NCBI GenBank assembly: GCA_043778225.1
Contig: JAYWGM010000041.1
Span: forward strand, 1-64,000
Origin: Deinococcales bacterium
GTDB lineage: Bacteria; Deinococcota; Deinococci; Deinococcales; JAAFIG01
Length of the DNA stretch: 64,000 bases
Reading direction: 5' to 3'
Shown: piece by piece, positions 18,527 through 28,424 of the stretch
Layout: each line of letters begins with the position of its first letter
Position numbering within the stretch: position 1 is the first letter of the stretch
Translations under genes and position numbers: made by a program
The notes under the pieces: model-generated
The model's input: the letters and a program-made list of their open reading frames with translations, nothing else
Told to the model about the DNA's origin: nothing
Databases searched by the model: none

Positions 18527-20652
18527 GTTTGACTCCTTATGGGCTTAAAAACAACAACTTCGGGTTGGTGAGGCGCAGCGAGCGAATCCACCAAGCGTTC
18601 AAGTCTGGCTGGCGTGACCTTAAAATCGGGCATTTTGCTGGTTGGGTCGAGGGTGCTTTTAGTCAGTCGGTTGGCATTCTCAAGACCCGCATAATGAAAA
18701 GTGCTAAAAACCGTATCTTCGCGGATGCCATCTTTAATCAGCACTTCAAATTCGGCACTGCCAGCCTCGGTCAGCACCCGCACTCGCTCGCCCGTTACAA
18801 TGCCGTACCTCTGGGCAAGATTGGGGTGAATCTCGAGAACCGCATTTGGAGCTTTGGGATTGAGTTTTGGGTTGCGACGGGTTTGTGTGCCACTTTGATA
18901 CTGATGAGCGTTGCGACCAGTGGTAAAAAAGACAGGGCGTTCAAAGCTGGCAAGCTCGGCGGGTAAACGGTACGCGACTGGCTCGAGGTGCGCCAAGCCA
19001 TCTGGGTGAGCAAAACGAATCTTAAATGGCTCGGGCGTTCCAGCATGACCCAAGTCGGTACACGGATAAAAAATACCATTTGGCTCGAGTTTTTCGTAAG
19101 TAATGCCCGAATAATCAGCTTTTGAGCCTTTGGTGGCGGCGGCTAATTCTGTAAAAATTTCTCGAGGGTTAGCAAAGGCAAACTTTTCTGGCACACCAAG
19201 CAGCGCCGCCAAATCACAAAGAATTTGCCAGTCGGCTCGAGTTTCGCCCGGTAAATCGGCTACCCGCCGCCTTCGCAAAACCCGCCCCTCGAGGTTGGTC
19301 ATTGTGCCATCTTCCTCGAGCCACATACTGCCGGGCAGCACCACATCGGCAAGTTGGGCGGTTTCGGATAAGAAAAAATCAATCACCACCAAATGCGCTA
19401 AGCTGCCTAAGTTACGAGTAATGACCGTGCTGTTGGCGGCACTGACGACGGGGTTTGAGCCAATCACCAATAAGCCCTGAATTTTTGTGCCACACGCCTC
19501 GAGTAATTCCTGAGCGCTCAAGCCTTTGCGCGGTAATTCGGACTCGGTAATGCCCCAAAAATCGGACATCAAGGCTCGAGCCATCGGGTCTTCGATCAAA
19601 CGGTAGCCCGGTAACTGGTCGGCTTTCTGCCCATGTTCACGCCCGCCCTGACCATTGCCTTGACCAGTCAGAGGTGCATAAAAACCACCCATCGCCAGTG
19701 CCAAATTGATTAGCGCTTTAATCGTCTCGACTCCTCGAGAAGACTGCTCTGGACCACGCCCCGACAAAATCAGCAATTGAGTGGCGCTGTTGCCCATGAC
19801 TCTGGCGGTTTCGAGAATGGTAACTGCATCTAAGCCACAACGGGCGGCTGCCCAAGCTGGCGTGCAGTAGCGGACACTGGTTGCTACTGCTTCCCAGCCA
19901 GAAACTCGAGCCTCGAGAAACGCTATATCAATCAGGTTTTCAGTCAACAAAACATGGAGTAAACCCAGTGCCAACGCCAAATCGCCGCCGGGTTGAACGG
20001 GCAAATGCAGTGTGCCAAGTTTGGTGCTTGGCGTGGCTCGAGGGTCTATAACGATAATTGGCGCACCATTTTTACGCGCCCGAGCCACAAACTGCGAAAC
20101 TGGCGGCAGGGTTTCGGCTAAGTTACTGCCCCACAGCACAATGCAGCTTGCTTCGGCAACCTGCTCGAGTGGAAACGGCAGCCCCCTGTCCATGCCGTAG
20201 ACTGCCCGCATGGCTGCGCCAGCGCTGCTCATGCAGTAGCGCCCGTTGTAGTCTATATTGGCGGTTTTTAAGGCAACTCGAGCAAACTTGCCAAGCAAAT
20301 ATGTTTTTTCGTTGGTCAGGCTGCCACCACCAAAAATCGCAAAAGCATTGCGCCCGTGTTGGCTTTGAATGCGCTGTATGTTGCTCGAGACTCGAGTTAA
20401 AGCCTCTTCCCAAGTGGCGGCTACAAGTTCGCCATTGTGGCGCACCAAAGGCGTGAGCAAGCGTTCTGCATGGTGTGGTTCTTCGAGGGCTGCCAAGCCT
20501 TTTTTGCAGACCGAACCTCGAGCCACAGGGCAAGCGGGAGTACTGCGAAGCGCCAGTAGCTCGTTGCCTTGGTGTTCGATTTCAAAAGTACACTGCACCG
20601 CGCAGTATGGACAGGTGGTTAAAGTGACTTGTGTGGGTTGCTCGAGGGTCAT
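18523..20652 (-). CDS. Assimilatory nitrate reductase catalytic subunit (molybdopterin oxidoreductase)
   Basis: CPYCAVQC...CKKG 4Fe-4S motif, NGRYCMSSA, LTGQGNGQGGRE, TTGR..Q, DP.SKMP.FK. Confidence 0.9.
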   Translation of the reverse strand: MTLEQPTQVTLTTCPYCAVQCTFEIEHQGNELLALRSTPACPVARGSVCKKGLAALEEPHHAERLLTPLVRHNGELVAATWEEALTRVSSNIQRIQSQHGRNAFAIFGGGSLTNEKTYLLGKFARVALKTANIDYNGRYCMSSAGAAMRAVYGMDRGLPFPLEQVAEASCIVLWGSNLAETLPPVSQFVARARKNGAPIIVIDPRATPSTKLGTLHLPVQPGGDLALALGLLHVLLTENLIDIAFLEARVSGWEAVATSVRYCTPAWAAARCGLDAVTILETARVMGNSATQLLILSGRGPEQSSRGVETIKALINLALAMGGFYAPLTGQGNGQGGREHGQKADQLPGYRLIEDPMARALMSDFWGITESELPRKGLSAQELLEACGTKIQGLLVIGSNPVVSAANSTVITRNLGSLAHLVVIDFFLSETAQLADVVLPGSMWLEEDGTMTNLEGRVLRRRRVADLPGETRADWQILCDLAALLGVPEKFAFANPREIFTELAAATKGSKADYSGITYEKLEPNGIFYPCTDLGHAGTPEPFKIRFAHPDGLAHLEPVAYRLPAELASFERPVFFTTGRNAHQYQSGTQTRRNPKLNPKAPNAVLEIHPNLAQRYGIVTGERVRVLTEAGSAEFEVLIKDGIREDTVFSTFHYAGLENANRLTKSTLDPTSKMPDFKVTPARLERLVDSLAAPHQPEVVVFKPIRSQT

Positions 20653-20670
20653 ACAGCACCCCGAAACTCA

Positions 20671-20912
20671 TAGGAGCGAACCTTGTGTTTCACATATTCC
20701 AACTCACATGATGTGGCATTTGGTTTTTGTCCTCCCCGCGAAACAGGGGAGGTGGCGAGCGAAGCGCGTCGGAGGGGTCTTGTACCGCGTAGCCTTGGTG
20801 CAAGACCCCCGCCGCTTAGACGGCGACCCCTACTTCGCAGGGGTAAAAATTTTGCGTTGCACACGAATTTCTTGATTAAGTCGAAGTATACGGGGACAAG
20901 CCCCTCCCCTAC
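20671..20912. repeat. Composite structured repeat in the nirA-nitrate reductase spacer
   Basis: cctcccc..ggggagg and ggggtcttgtacc/ggtgcaagacccc stems, a gagcgaagcg core and a flanking REP-like ...cccctac end. Confidence 0.7.
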
Positions 20913-20952
20913 GGGATTATTTGGCTCATTTTGTAATTCGGCACGGCAAGGC

Positions 20953-22494
20953 TTAATCATCAGCTGCCTCGAGTTCTGGGGCTAACAAATGCGGCAAGTG
21001 TTCTCGAGTCAGCGCAATCAATTTTTCGGGCAGTTCAGAAATCGCTACTCGCTCGAGAATTTTTGTGGCAAGTTTAGCATTGCGTCCAATCATGCCACCG
21101 ACATAAATATCGACCGCTTCGACCATCACGCCATTGTGTTTGACCTTCGTGCCTTGCAGCCCAAAATCGCCGATGTGATGACTGGCACAAGCGTGTTGAC
21201 AACCGCTCCAATGAATCCGAATTGGCTCGAGCAGTGGCAAGGCATTTAACAATTCGGTCTCAAGGATGTGGCTGACTTCAAGCGCTCGGGTTTTGGTTTC
21301 GATGACTGCCAATGGGCAAAATTCAATACCCGTACAACTGACCACACCTTCGACAATTTTATTGGGGTAGGGCGTGTGGCGAACAAAAAACGGGTGTGCC
21401 AAAACCGTCTCGAGGTCAGCGGTTTTGATGTTTGGTAAAATTAGATTTTGCTCGATCGTAAAACGGGCTTCGCCAGTCCCAAATTGCTCGGCAAGGTCGG
21501 CTAACTCGAGCAAAGCTGTACCTGTGGTGCGCCCGACGGGTACATGAACGCCAATGTAATGTAAGCCCTCTTGTTTTTGCCGATTGACCCCAAGGTGCAA
21601 GCGCGGCGTGCCTTCAATCCGTAAATCTTCGCCAGCCGTTTCGAGGGTTTGCCCAAGGTGAGTCTCGAGCTCAGTACGGAATTTTTCGATGCCCCACAGC
21701 TCGAGTAACCATTTGAGGCGGGCTTTATGGCGTTCTTCGCGCAAGCCGTGCAGATGATAAATTTCGACAATGCCGCGTGTGATTGCAAGGGCTTGTTCGG
21801 GCAGTATCCACACATTCAATTCTCGAGCCAACATTGGGTGTTTGCCGCCAACTGCGCCACCAATCATGACGTTAAACCCCAGCACACCATTTTTTCGGGC
21901 GGGATACATTCCAATATCGTTGGTGCTTGCGCCCGTATCGTGAATATGACCAGTGATATGAATGTTCATTTTGCGCGGCAGATTAGCAGTCGCGGTGTTG
22001 CCTTGGTCAAAATTGGTAATCCAATCAGAAATCTGGCGGCAAATTGGTAAGGCATCTATCAATTCGCCAGCATCCAGTTGTGCCACGCTCGAGGTCACGA
22101 CATTGCGGATGCTGTCCATACCATTTTGTAAACTGGTCAGGCGCACATCCCATAAGCGTTTATAGACTTCGGGGATATGACTGGTGTCGAGCCAGCGCAA
22201 TTGGACTTGTTGGCGGGTGGTGATGTCTACTAAGTCGCGCCCAAAATCTTTAGCGATATTTGCCATGACCCGCAGTTGAGCGCTCGAGGCTACGCCACCA
22301 GCCACGCGAATACGCTGCATTAAGGTTGGTGGCTCGGTCTGTCTGTACCAAAAACCAAGCCATTTAATGCGCTGCTGGTCGTCTTTAGAAAGGTCATTCA
22401 CAAGTGTGGCAGCCAAACGAGGAAACTCGTGCAGTAGCTCGAGTCCAGGTTTTTCGGTTTTAAGATGTTCAATTGGATTCATGACCCAGCGCAC
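20953..22494 (-). CDS. nirA: Ferredoxin-nitrite reductase
   Basis: DITTRQQVQL, LPRKMNI, CTGIEFC and SGCQHAC siroheme/4Fe-4S motifs; the start may be 22482. Confidence 0.9.
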   Translation of the reverse strand: MRWVMNPIEHLKTEKPGLELLHEFPRLAATLVNDLSKDDQQRIKWLGFWYRQTEPPTLMQRIRVAGGVASSAQLRVMANIAKDFGRDLVDITTRQQVQLRWLDTSHIPEVYKRLWDVRLTSLQNGMDSIRNVVTSSVAQLDAGELIDALPICRQISDWITNFDQGNTATANLPRKMNIHITGHIHDTGASTNDIGMYPARKNGVLGFNVMIGGAVGGKHPMLARELNVWILPEQALAITRGIVEIYHLHGLREERHKARLKWLLELWGIEKFRTELETHLGQTLETAGEDLRIEGTPRLHLGVNRQKQEGLHYIGVHVPVGRTTGTALLELADLAEQFGTGEARFTIEQNLILPNIKTADLETVLAHPFFVRHTPYPNKIVEGVVSCTGIEFCPLAVIETKTRALEVSHILETELLNALPLLEPIRIHWSGCQHACASHHIGDFGLQGTKVKHNGVMVEAVDIYVGGMIGRNAKLATKILERVAISELPEKLIALTREHLPHLLAPELEAADD

Positions 22495-22571
22495 TCCCCA
22501 TGCGCTGCTATGTTAGCCATAGTTTATGCAAATTGTCAATTCAAAATAAAACACTACGACTGTTATGATTG

Positions 22572-22633
22572 TACATTTTACAAAAAAATTGATCTATTTT
22601 GTAAAGTGTATTCAGTTTTTTGGACACTTTACA
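22572..22633. promoter_or_regulatory. Candidate operator upstream of nirA
   Basis: tacattttacaaaa-N11-ttttgtaaagtgta inverted repeat plus a third acactttaca copy. Confidence 0.55.
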
Positions 22634-22727
22634 GAGCAAATTTTCGCAGAACGTGCGTTTGATTTTGGTTTTTGTGGCAAAAAAACAAAACATTGGACTC
22701 GAGCCAAATCCGAGTTTTGATTTAGAC

Positions 22728-22758
22728 TTGACATCGGGTTTACCCGACGTTGCATCCT
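22728..22758 (+). promoter_or_regulatory. MerR-type promoter (19-bp spacer containing a dyad)
   Basis: TTGACA-tcgggt tt acccga cgttg-CATCCT, immediately upstream of a MerR gene. Confidence 0.65.
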
Positions 22759-22781
22759 AAAAAAGCCAAAAGGAGGCAGAT

Positions 22782-23438
22782 ATGAATGGAATCAGCACAA
22801 CCAAAGCCGAACTCGAGCAGATGCTTTTGCAGTTCAAGAATTTACTCGAGAACCCAGCTACCCAAGGTGTAGTCTTGGTGCTTTGCGACAACAACCAAGC
22901 CTTGGCACAGCAATTTATTGACTCAAACGATGGGCTTGGAATTGGTGAATTTTCTGAAATGGCAGCCGTCAGTCTCGAGACGGTGCGTCATTGGGTCGAG
23001 ATGGGTCTGATTGAACCCCACAGCCTCAACGGCAAATTTAAGTTCTTGCCACCCAACTTGCTCGAGCTTCGCAGTGTCCAACAATGGCAAAAACTGGGTT
23101 TAACGCTTGAGGAAATTAAAAACCGTAAAAAGAATGGCACAATTTTTGTTCAGGAATCACCAATTCAAATTGGCTCGGAGACCATACCGCACGCCACGAT
23201 TCAAATGCTACGAGACGACAACCCAGAAGCTCAGAAATTATTAGCCCAAACCACCAACGAAACCAATTTCGTGCGGTATTCCGAAGAAGAATCCGAAGCT
23301 CGAGGCATTCACCTCAATCATCTTCGATTAGATTACGACGCACAAATCCAGAAACTCGAGCAAAAGCAAATCGAGCTAAAAGCCCAACTCGAGAACGCAA
23401 AAAATTTGCGAGGCAAGTTGAATCAAATCACGCCATAA
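22782..23438 (+). CDS. MerR family transcriptional regulator with N-terminal extension
   Basis: LGIGEFSEMAAVSLETVRHWVEMGLIEP, LGLTLEEIK, C-terminal coiled coil; AGGAGG RBS. Confidence 0.8.
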   Translation: MNGISTTKAELEQMLLQFKNLLENPATQGVVLVLCDNNQALAQQFIDSNDGLGIGEFSEMAAVSLETVRHWVEMGLIEPHSLNGKFKFLPPNLLELRSVQQWQKLGLTLEEIKNRKKNGTIFVQESPIQIGSETIPHATIQMLRDDNPEAQKLLAQTTNETNFVRYSEEESEARGIHLNHLRLDYDAQIQKLEQKQIELKAQLENAKNLRGKLNQITP

Positions 23439-24423
23439 GTTTGTGGTGTACGGCTTTAGCCAGAACCTCAAGTGTCGAATCTGGAAAAGGTGAAACGCAA
23501 CTAACGTTAATTTCGCACAGCACAAAAGAATCCTTGTCCATGTCAGAAAAAAGAAAATCTGCATCCCAAATCATTGGTAAATCTGTGGCTTTAATCTCGA
23601 GAATTTGACACAATTGCTGTAACCATTGGCTTTCCATAGATTGCCGAATCGCTTGGAATTCGACTTGATTCTCGGGGTAGTAAAGGCGCTCAGTGGGTAA
23701 TCGTGCCACTTCGCCAAAAGGCATAGGGTAAAGCGCATTGATTTCTTGGTATCCAAAGCCAACCACTTTGTCTTGCACAAGGTAACAACGCACCATACCT
23801 TCGGTTAAACGATACTGGTACGTTTGGTCTATGATTTTTCCAGCATTGGCAAAGTATGGTTCTAACATCTGATAAAACGCTGCGAAACTCATGTCTATTT
23901 CAAGATTGGCTCGAGGCGCATGACGTACCCGTAACAAAGTGGCATCGGCGGGATGTGCTTGGACTTTCCAAACGCCAATTCCATCGTTGCCACGGTATTG
24001 CTTTAAGACTCGAGAACCCTTTTTTAAGTGATTCGGTAATTGCAATTGCAACTCGAATAGGGTGCTGTAAAGATGCGTTTCACAACCCCAAGTCATGTCT
24101 TTGGTTTTGAATAAAACTTCTTTTGTGCCTAGTTTTAGAATCATATCAGGATGCGTACTGACGTACACACCAGCCATTGCAATTTCACGCAGCATGACAT
24201 CCAGTATGTGGCGGTTGCTGTCTTGTTGTAACGGATTAACCCAAACCAAAACAGCTTGTACTTGGTGTAATTGAATCTTAACTTCTGCGGCAACGACATC
24301 GTTATAAATAACACCAATTGGCTCGAGTCCAACGGCGCGTAAGGCTTGTGCCACAGCTTGGTAACGGCTTTGCTCGAGTGGCGGGGAATGTTCATCACCA
24401 GACCAGACAATGGCGACTTTCAT
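23428..24423 (-). CDS. Cj0069-family / ATP-grasp-like protein
   Basis: VLVWVNP, STHPD.ILKLGTKEVL, RVLKQ.RG, WDADF, LCEINVSCV. Confidence 0.7.
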   Translation of the reverse strand: MKVAIVWSGDEHSPPLEQSRYQAVAQALRAVGLEPIGVIYNDVVAAEVKIQLHQVQAVLVWVNPLQQDSNRHILDVMLREIAMAGVYVSTHPDMILKLGTKEVLFKTKDMTWGCETHLYSTLFELQLQLPNHLKKGSRVLKQYRGNDGIGVWKVQAHPADATLLRVRHAPRANLEIDMSFAAFYQMLEPYFANAGKIIDQTYQYRLTEGMVRCYLVQDKVVGFGYQEINALYPMPFGEVARLPTERLYYPENQVEFQAIRQSMESQWLQQLCQILEIKATDLPMIWDADFLFSDMDKDSFVLCEINVSCVSPFPDSTLEVLAKAVHHKLMA

Positions 24424-24788
24424 ACAGCTTCTGGTTGGTTAATCTGCGCGATAATCCCATCTGGGTGACGCAAAAATGCCATATGGACGCGACTATTTTC
24501 GTTAAAAAATGCCTCGCGCTCGTAGACGTACCCATCCTCCAGCAACTTTGCACAGGTGGCTTTTATATCGTCCACCACAAAAGCCATGTGCAGTAAACTT
24601 GGGGCTGGCATTCCAGAGACTTCGATAAGCTCGAGGTCTATGCCCGTGGCTGGATTGGTAATAAATGCAGTTGGCATCTGGTTGGAGTAGTGCTTACCGC
24701 GTCCGCGCAGCGTAAAGCCAAGAGTTTGATACAGAATAATTCCAGCTTCAACATTGTGGATGCCAAGGGCAACATGGTGTAATTTCAT
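24420..24788 (-). CDS. VOC/glyoxalase family protein
   Basis: LHHVALG, LELIE, HMAFVVDDI, FLRHPDG. Confidence 0.85.
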   Translation of the reverse strand: MKLHHVALGIHNVEAGIILYQTLGFTLRGRGKHYSNQMPTAFITNPATGIDLELIEVSGMPAPSLLHMAFVVDDIKATCAKLLEDGYVYEREAFFNENSRVHMAFLRHPDGIIAQINQPEAV

Positions 24789-24822
24789 ACCAGATTATAC
24801 GTCAAAGCGGTAGACTCGAGCC

Positions 24823-26415
24823 ATGTTTGACCTCTTGATCAAAAACGCCCGAATTGTAGACGGCAACAACAACCCGTGGTTTTGGGGCGAAGTGGCGCTA
24901 ATGGCGGATAAAATCGTCGCCATTGGACACCCCAATAGCCTTGGGCAAACTCGAGCCACGCTGGATGCAGCAGGCTTGGTGCTTGCGCCCGGTTTTATCG
25001 ATATTCAAAGCCACAGCATTGTGCCTTTAATGCGCGATGGGCGCTGCTTGGGCAAGATTTTTCAGGGGGTAACGCTCGAGGTCATGGGCGAAGGTTGGAC
25101 TCCAGCCCCGTTTGGTGGACAACGCCAAACGCCTATCCCCTCGAGTTACCCTGTGCCAGACTTCTGGCTCGAGCAAGCCAAAACATGGACTCGATTCTCC
25201 GATTGGCTCGAGGCATTAGAAGGACAAGTCAGCCTCAACGTGGCTTCGTTTTTGGCAGGTGGCACACTGCGCGAATATGTTTGTGGAATGCGAATGGGCG
25301 AGGCTACCGCAGCCGAACTCAAGGCAATGCAGAATCTGACGGCTCAAGCCATGCAGGACGGGGCGATGGGCGTGGCATATGCACTCATTTATCCGCCGGA
25401 TACCTATTGCAGCACTGCTGAAATTATCGAGGTTTGCAAGGTGGTGGCGCAATATGGTGGGATTTACATTACGCATTTACGCTCCGAGGGCGATTTATTT
25501 CTCGAGGCGCTGGATGAAGCGATTTTGATTGGACAACAAGCCCATATTCCGGTCGAGGTCTACCACTTAAAAGCCAGTGGTCAGCGCAACTGGCACAAAA
25601 TGCCGCAAGCCCTTGAAATGTTTAAGGCGGCTCGAGACTCTGGGGTGGACATATCAGCTGATATGTACCCCTATGCCGCTTCGGGAACAGGTTTGGATGC
25701 GCTGCTTCCAACTTGGGTCAGCGCCAATGGGTTGTTTTGGCAGAACCTCGAGAATGCCGAGATTCAAGCTCAAATCCGTGCCGAGGTCTTGGCTGGCACA
25801 GGCGATATGAACACCAGCCGCCCGGAACAAATCATGCCTGTCGGTTTTCGTCGCCCAGAACATTTAGCTTATGTCGGTCTAAAACTTTCAGAAATCGCCG
25901 CCGCTCGAGGGCAGCACTGGATAGATATGGTGCTTGAGTTGCTGTTGCTCGAGCGCCAACGGATTGGCACAATTTATTTCACCATGACCGAGGAGAACTT
26001 GCGCTTACAGTTGCAACAGCCATTTGTCAAAATTTCTTCGGATGCTGGCGGACACGACCCAAGCACAGCCCTCGAGGCAGTTCATCCACGCGGCTATGGG
26101 ACATTTCCTCGGGTGTTAAGTCGCTATGTACGCCAAGAAGGTTTACTGACGCTCGAGAATGCGATTCATAAAATGACGGGGATGGTGGCACAGCGCCTTG
26201 GGATAAAAAATCGCGGACAGATTGCGGTTGGCGCGTATGCCGATTTGGTCTTGTTTGACCCAGACACGATTACCGACTTAGCCACTTTCGAGCAGCCACA
26301 TCAGTTAGCAGTCGGGGTGCAGGATGTCTGGGTCAATGGGGTGCGGGTTCTCGAGAATGCCGTACATACGGGCGCGACCCCCGGGCGGTTTGTGCGCGGC
26401 AGTGGCGCTAATTAA
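24823..26415 (+). CDS. N-acyl-D-amino-acid deacylase (amidohydrolase)
   Basis: APGFIDIQSHS, THLRSEG, DMYPY, HPRGYGTFPRVL, ADLVLFDP. Confidence 0.9.
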   Translation: MFDLLIKNARIVDGNNNPWFWGEVALMADKIVAIGHPNSLGQTRATLDAAGLVLAPGFIDIQSHSIVPLMRDGRCLGKIFQGVTLEVMGEGWTPAPFGGQRQTPIPSSYPVPDFWLEQAKTWTRFSDWLEALEGQVSLNVASFLAGGTLREYVCGMRMGEATAAELKAMQNLTAQAMQDGAMGVAYALIYPPDTYCSTAEIIEVCKVVAQYGGIYITHLRSEGDLFLEALDEAILIGQQAHIPVEVYHLKASGQRNWHKMPQALEMFKAARDSGVDISADMYPYAASGTGLDALLPTWVSANGLFWQNLENAEIQAQIRAEVLAGTGDMNTSRPEQIMPVGFRRPEHLAYVGLKLSEIAAARGQHWIDMVLELLLLERQRIGTIYFTMTEENLRLQLQQPFVKISSDAGGHDPSTALEAVHPRGYGTFPRVLSRYVRQEGLLTLENAIHKMTGMVAQRLGIKNRGQIAVGAYADLVLFDPDTITDLATFEQPHQLAVGVQDVWVNGVRVLENAVHTGATPGRFVRGSGAN

Positions 26416-28300
26416 AAACTCGAGTCGCCACGACTTTTGGCGTAATCGGTAAGCCTTTCCAAACTTCTGGGGTCTCGAGTAACTCGAGTTTTGCCAGTTC
26501 TTTGTCCGCCGAGATATTCACCCCCCAAGTTCGGTAGCTCTCGGATTTAAGAGGATTGGCTGCATTTGGATTGATGTCTGGACTAAACCAACCACGAAAG
26601 CCAGTTTGCAAAACAATCGATTGCTCACTCGAGTCTTTGAAAGTGATTTTTAAGCTGTAATCACAACCACTGTTGCGGCAATACCATGGGTTTTGGCTGG
26701 TATCGGGGACAATAGAAGCCAAGTCGGCTGGGTTTTTGGGGTCTATCACACGGCGCAGATTGCCTGAGTAAGCAATTGGTTCGTAAATCTGAGTGGTCTC
26801 TGGGTGATAAGTAATGGTGTCTTGGTAACTGAGTTTAGGTTGCCCAGCAACTTCTGTAAACGTATCGGCAATGCTGGCAATGTTCGCCGTGACAATAATT
26901 GTTCGCACTGGCACGTCTCGGGTGATTGGTAAGCCATTGTCTAAACCATACAAGCCCTTATTGGTGGTTTTGGCTTCGACTGGCACAAAGCGCGAATCTA
27001 AACTGTCCCAACGGCTATAGCCAGTCGGGGTTACAAAAACCCGACCGCCATTATAGGTGCGTTGGTTGTTGCTGACCGTGGTTGTACCTTCAAAGTATTG
27101 CTGGATTAAACTGGCATTAAAATCCGAGAACATCGTGTATTTGTCGCCAGCCGCTTGGTCTCCAGCCCCAGACTGCATTGGGTCTTGTTTGATACAACGG
27201 TTTTCTTGGTCAAACTGCCGACCCATTGGAAAATTATCGGTAGCACAGTTCTTAAAGGTGCTGGCAGAACTTGGCACAATCGGGGCTAAAAACTGGTTTT
27301 TAAGTTGATCAAAGCCCCAACTCGAGCCTTTTAAGCTACCGCCAAGATATGGATATGTACCCGCCTGAAAACCATCGTTGGCATGGGGCATTCCAAAAGC
27401 ATGACCAGCCTCGTGGACAAAAATACCAGCGTAAGCATAATCACCAGTGCCAAGGTTGCCACCGCCTAAACCACCGCCAGGGCTACTGTACTGACCAGCT
27501 TGGTTTGCCATCAGCAGTGGTGCATAATAATGACTACTCAACGACTCATCACCGTTTGCTTGCCGCATTGCCCCAAGGGTATCTAGAATCGCACTCATGA
27601 CCGCATAAGCATCGCCTTGTTGTTCTTTATACAAGACTTTCTGGGCGGCTCGCCCGTCGCGTGGCTCGACAACAATATACGACCAGACGACTTTTTGTGC
27701 CGCGTGGTTCTGAATTTGCAAAATAGAAACAGGATGTTTAGCAAAGTATTCATCCGTGGTGGCTTGGTTGGCAGTGGCGGTGAGCGCCAATGGCACAGCC
27801 GTTTCATTCAAACCAAATAAGTAAAACGGCAAGGTCAGCATTGTAAATTCGCTTGGCGCACCAACCCGAATGGCTTGTGGCAAAGAAACCAACCCACCAA
27901 CCCGAACCCGTAACTCGAGACCGGGTTGAACCCAGTTTTTCTCAAGCCGTGCCGAATACGCCGTACTGCTGTAGGCTGTACCGTTGCTTTCGGTTTTGGC
28001 TAAGGCACTTGGCGGATTCAGCGCCACTTCACCCAGTTTTTGACCACCCACCAAGGCTTCTAAGATAGGGTTGGTTTGGCTTACGTCAAAATCAATCAGC
28101 ACCAAGGCTTGGCGGTTTCCAACCAAATGCAAGTTATATTTTGCCAATTTATCGCCAGTCCAGCTTTTGCCTTGGGGCGGAACGACATGGGTCTGGGCAA
28201 GCTCGAGTTGGCGAATAATTGGGGCGCTGCCCGTTGGCGATGGACTACAGGCGGCAACCAAAGCAAAAAAACCTAAGCCAAAAATAATGGATTTGAACAC
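26408..28300 (-). CDS. M66-family (StcE-like) zinc metalloprotease lipoprotein
   Basis: VAAC lipobox, LAQTHV, GGLGGG, HEAGHAFGMPH, WGFD, KQDPMQ. Confidence 0.8.
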   Translation of the reverse strand: MFKSIIFGLGFFALVAACSPSPTGSAPIIRQLELAQTHVVPPQGKSWTGDKLAKYNLHLVGNRQALVLIDFDVSQTNPILEALVGGQKLGEVALNPPSALAKTESNGTAYSSTAYSARLEKNWVQPGLELRVRVGGLVSLPQAIRVGAPSEFTMLTLPFYLFGLNETAVPLALTATANQATTDEYFAKHPVSILQIQNHAAQKVVWSYIVVEPRDGRAAQKVLYKEQQGDAYAVMSAILDTLGAMRQANGDESLSSHYYAPLLMANQAGQYSSPGGGLGGGNLGTGDYAYAGIFVHEAGHAFGMPHANDGFQAGTYPYLGGSLKGSSWGFDQLKNQFLAPIVPSSASTFKNCATDNFPMGRQFDQENRCIKQDPMQSGAGDQAAGDKYTMFSDFNASLIQQYFEGTTTVSNNQRTYNGGRVFVTPTGYSRWDSLDSRFVPVEAKTTNKGLYGLDNGLPITRDVPVRTIIVTANIASIADTFTEVAGQPKLSYQDTITYHPETTQIYEPIAYSGNLRRVIDPKNPADLASIVPDTSQNPWYCRNSGCDYSLKITFKDSSEQSIVLQTGFRGWFSPDINPNAANPLKSESYRTWGVNISADKELAKLELLETPEVWKGLPITPKVVATRVFN

Positions 28301-28424
28301 GTTTATAACTCCTTGATAGCTCGGGCAGTTTATAATTTCTCAAAAAGTTGTGTCTGTGAAATTTCCATAATTTTATGCCAAAACATCAAAGCGAGAAATC
28401 GCTAAACCGCGTATACTGTATTTT

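Noticed and set aside
20649..20985. ORFs of about 100 aa on both strands between nirA and the nitrate reductase
   Set aside because: They are made of hairpin-repeat DNA and give low-complexity Arg/Pro/Gly-rich translations.
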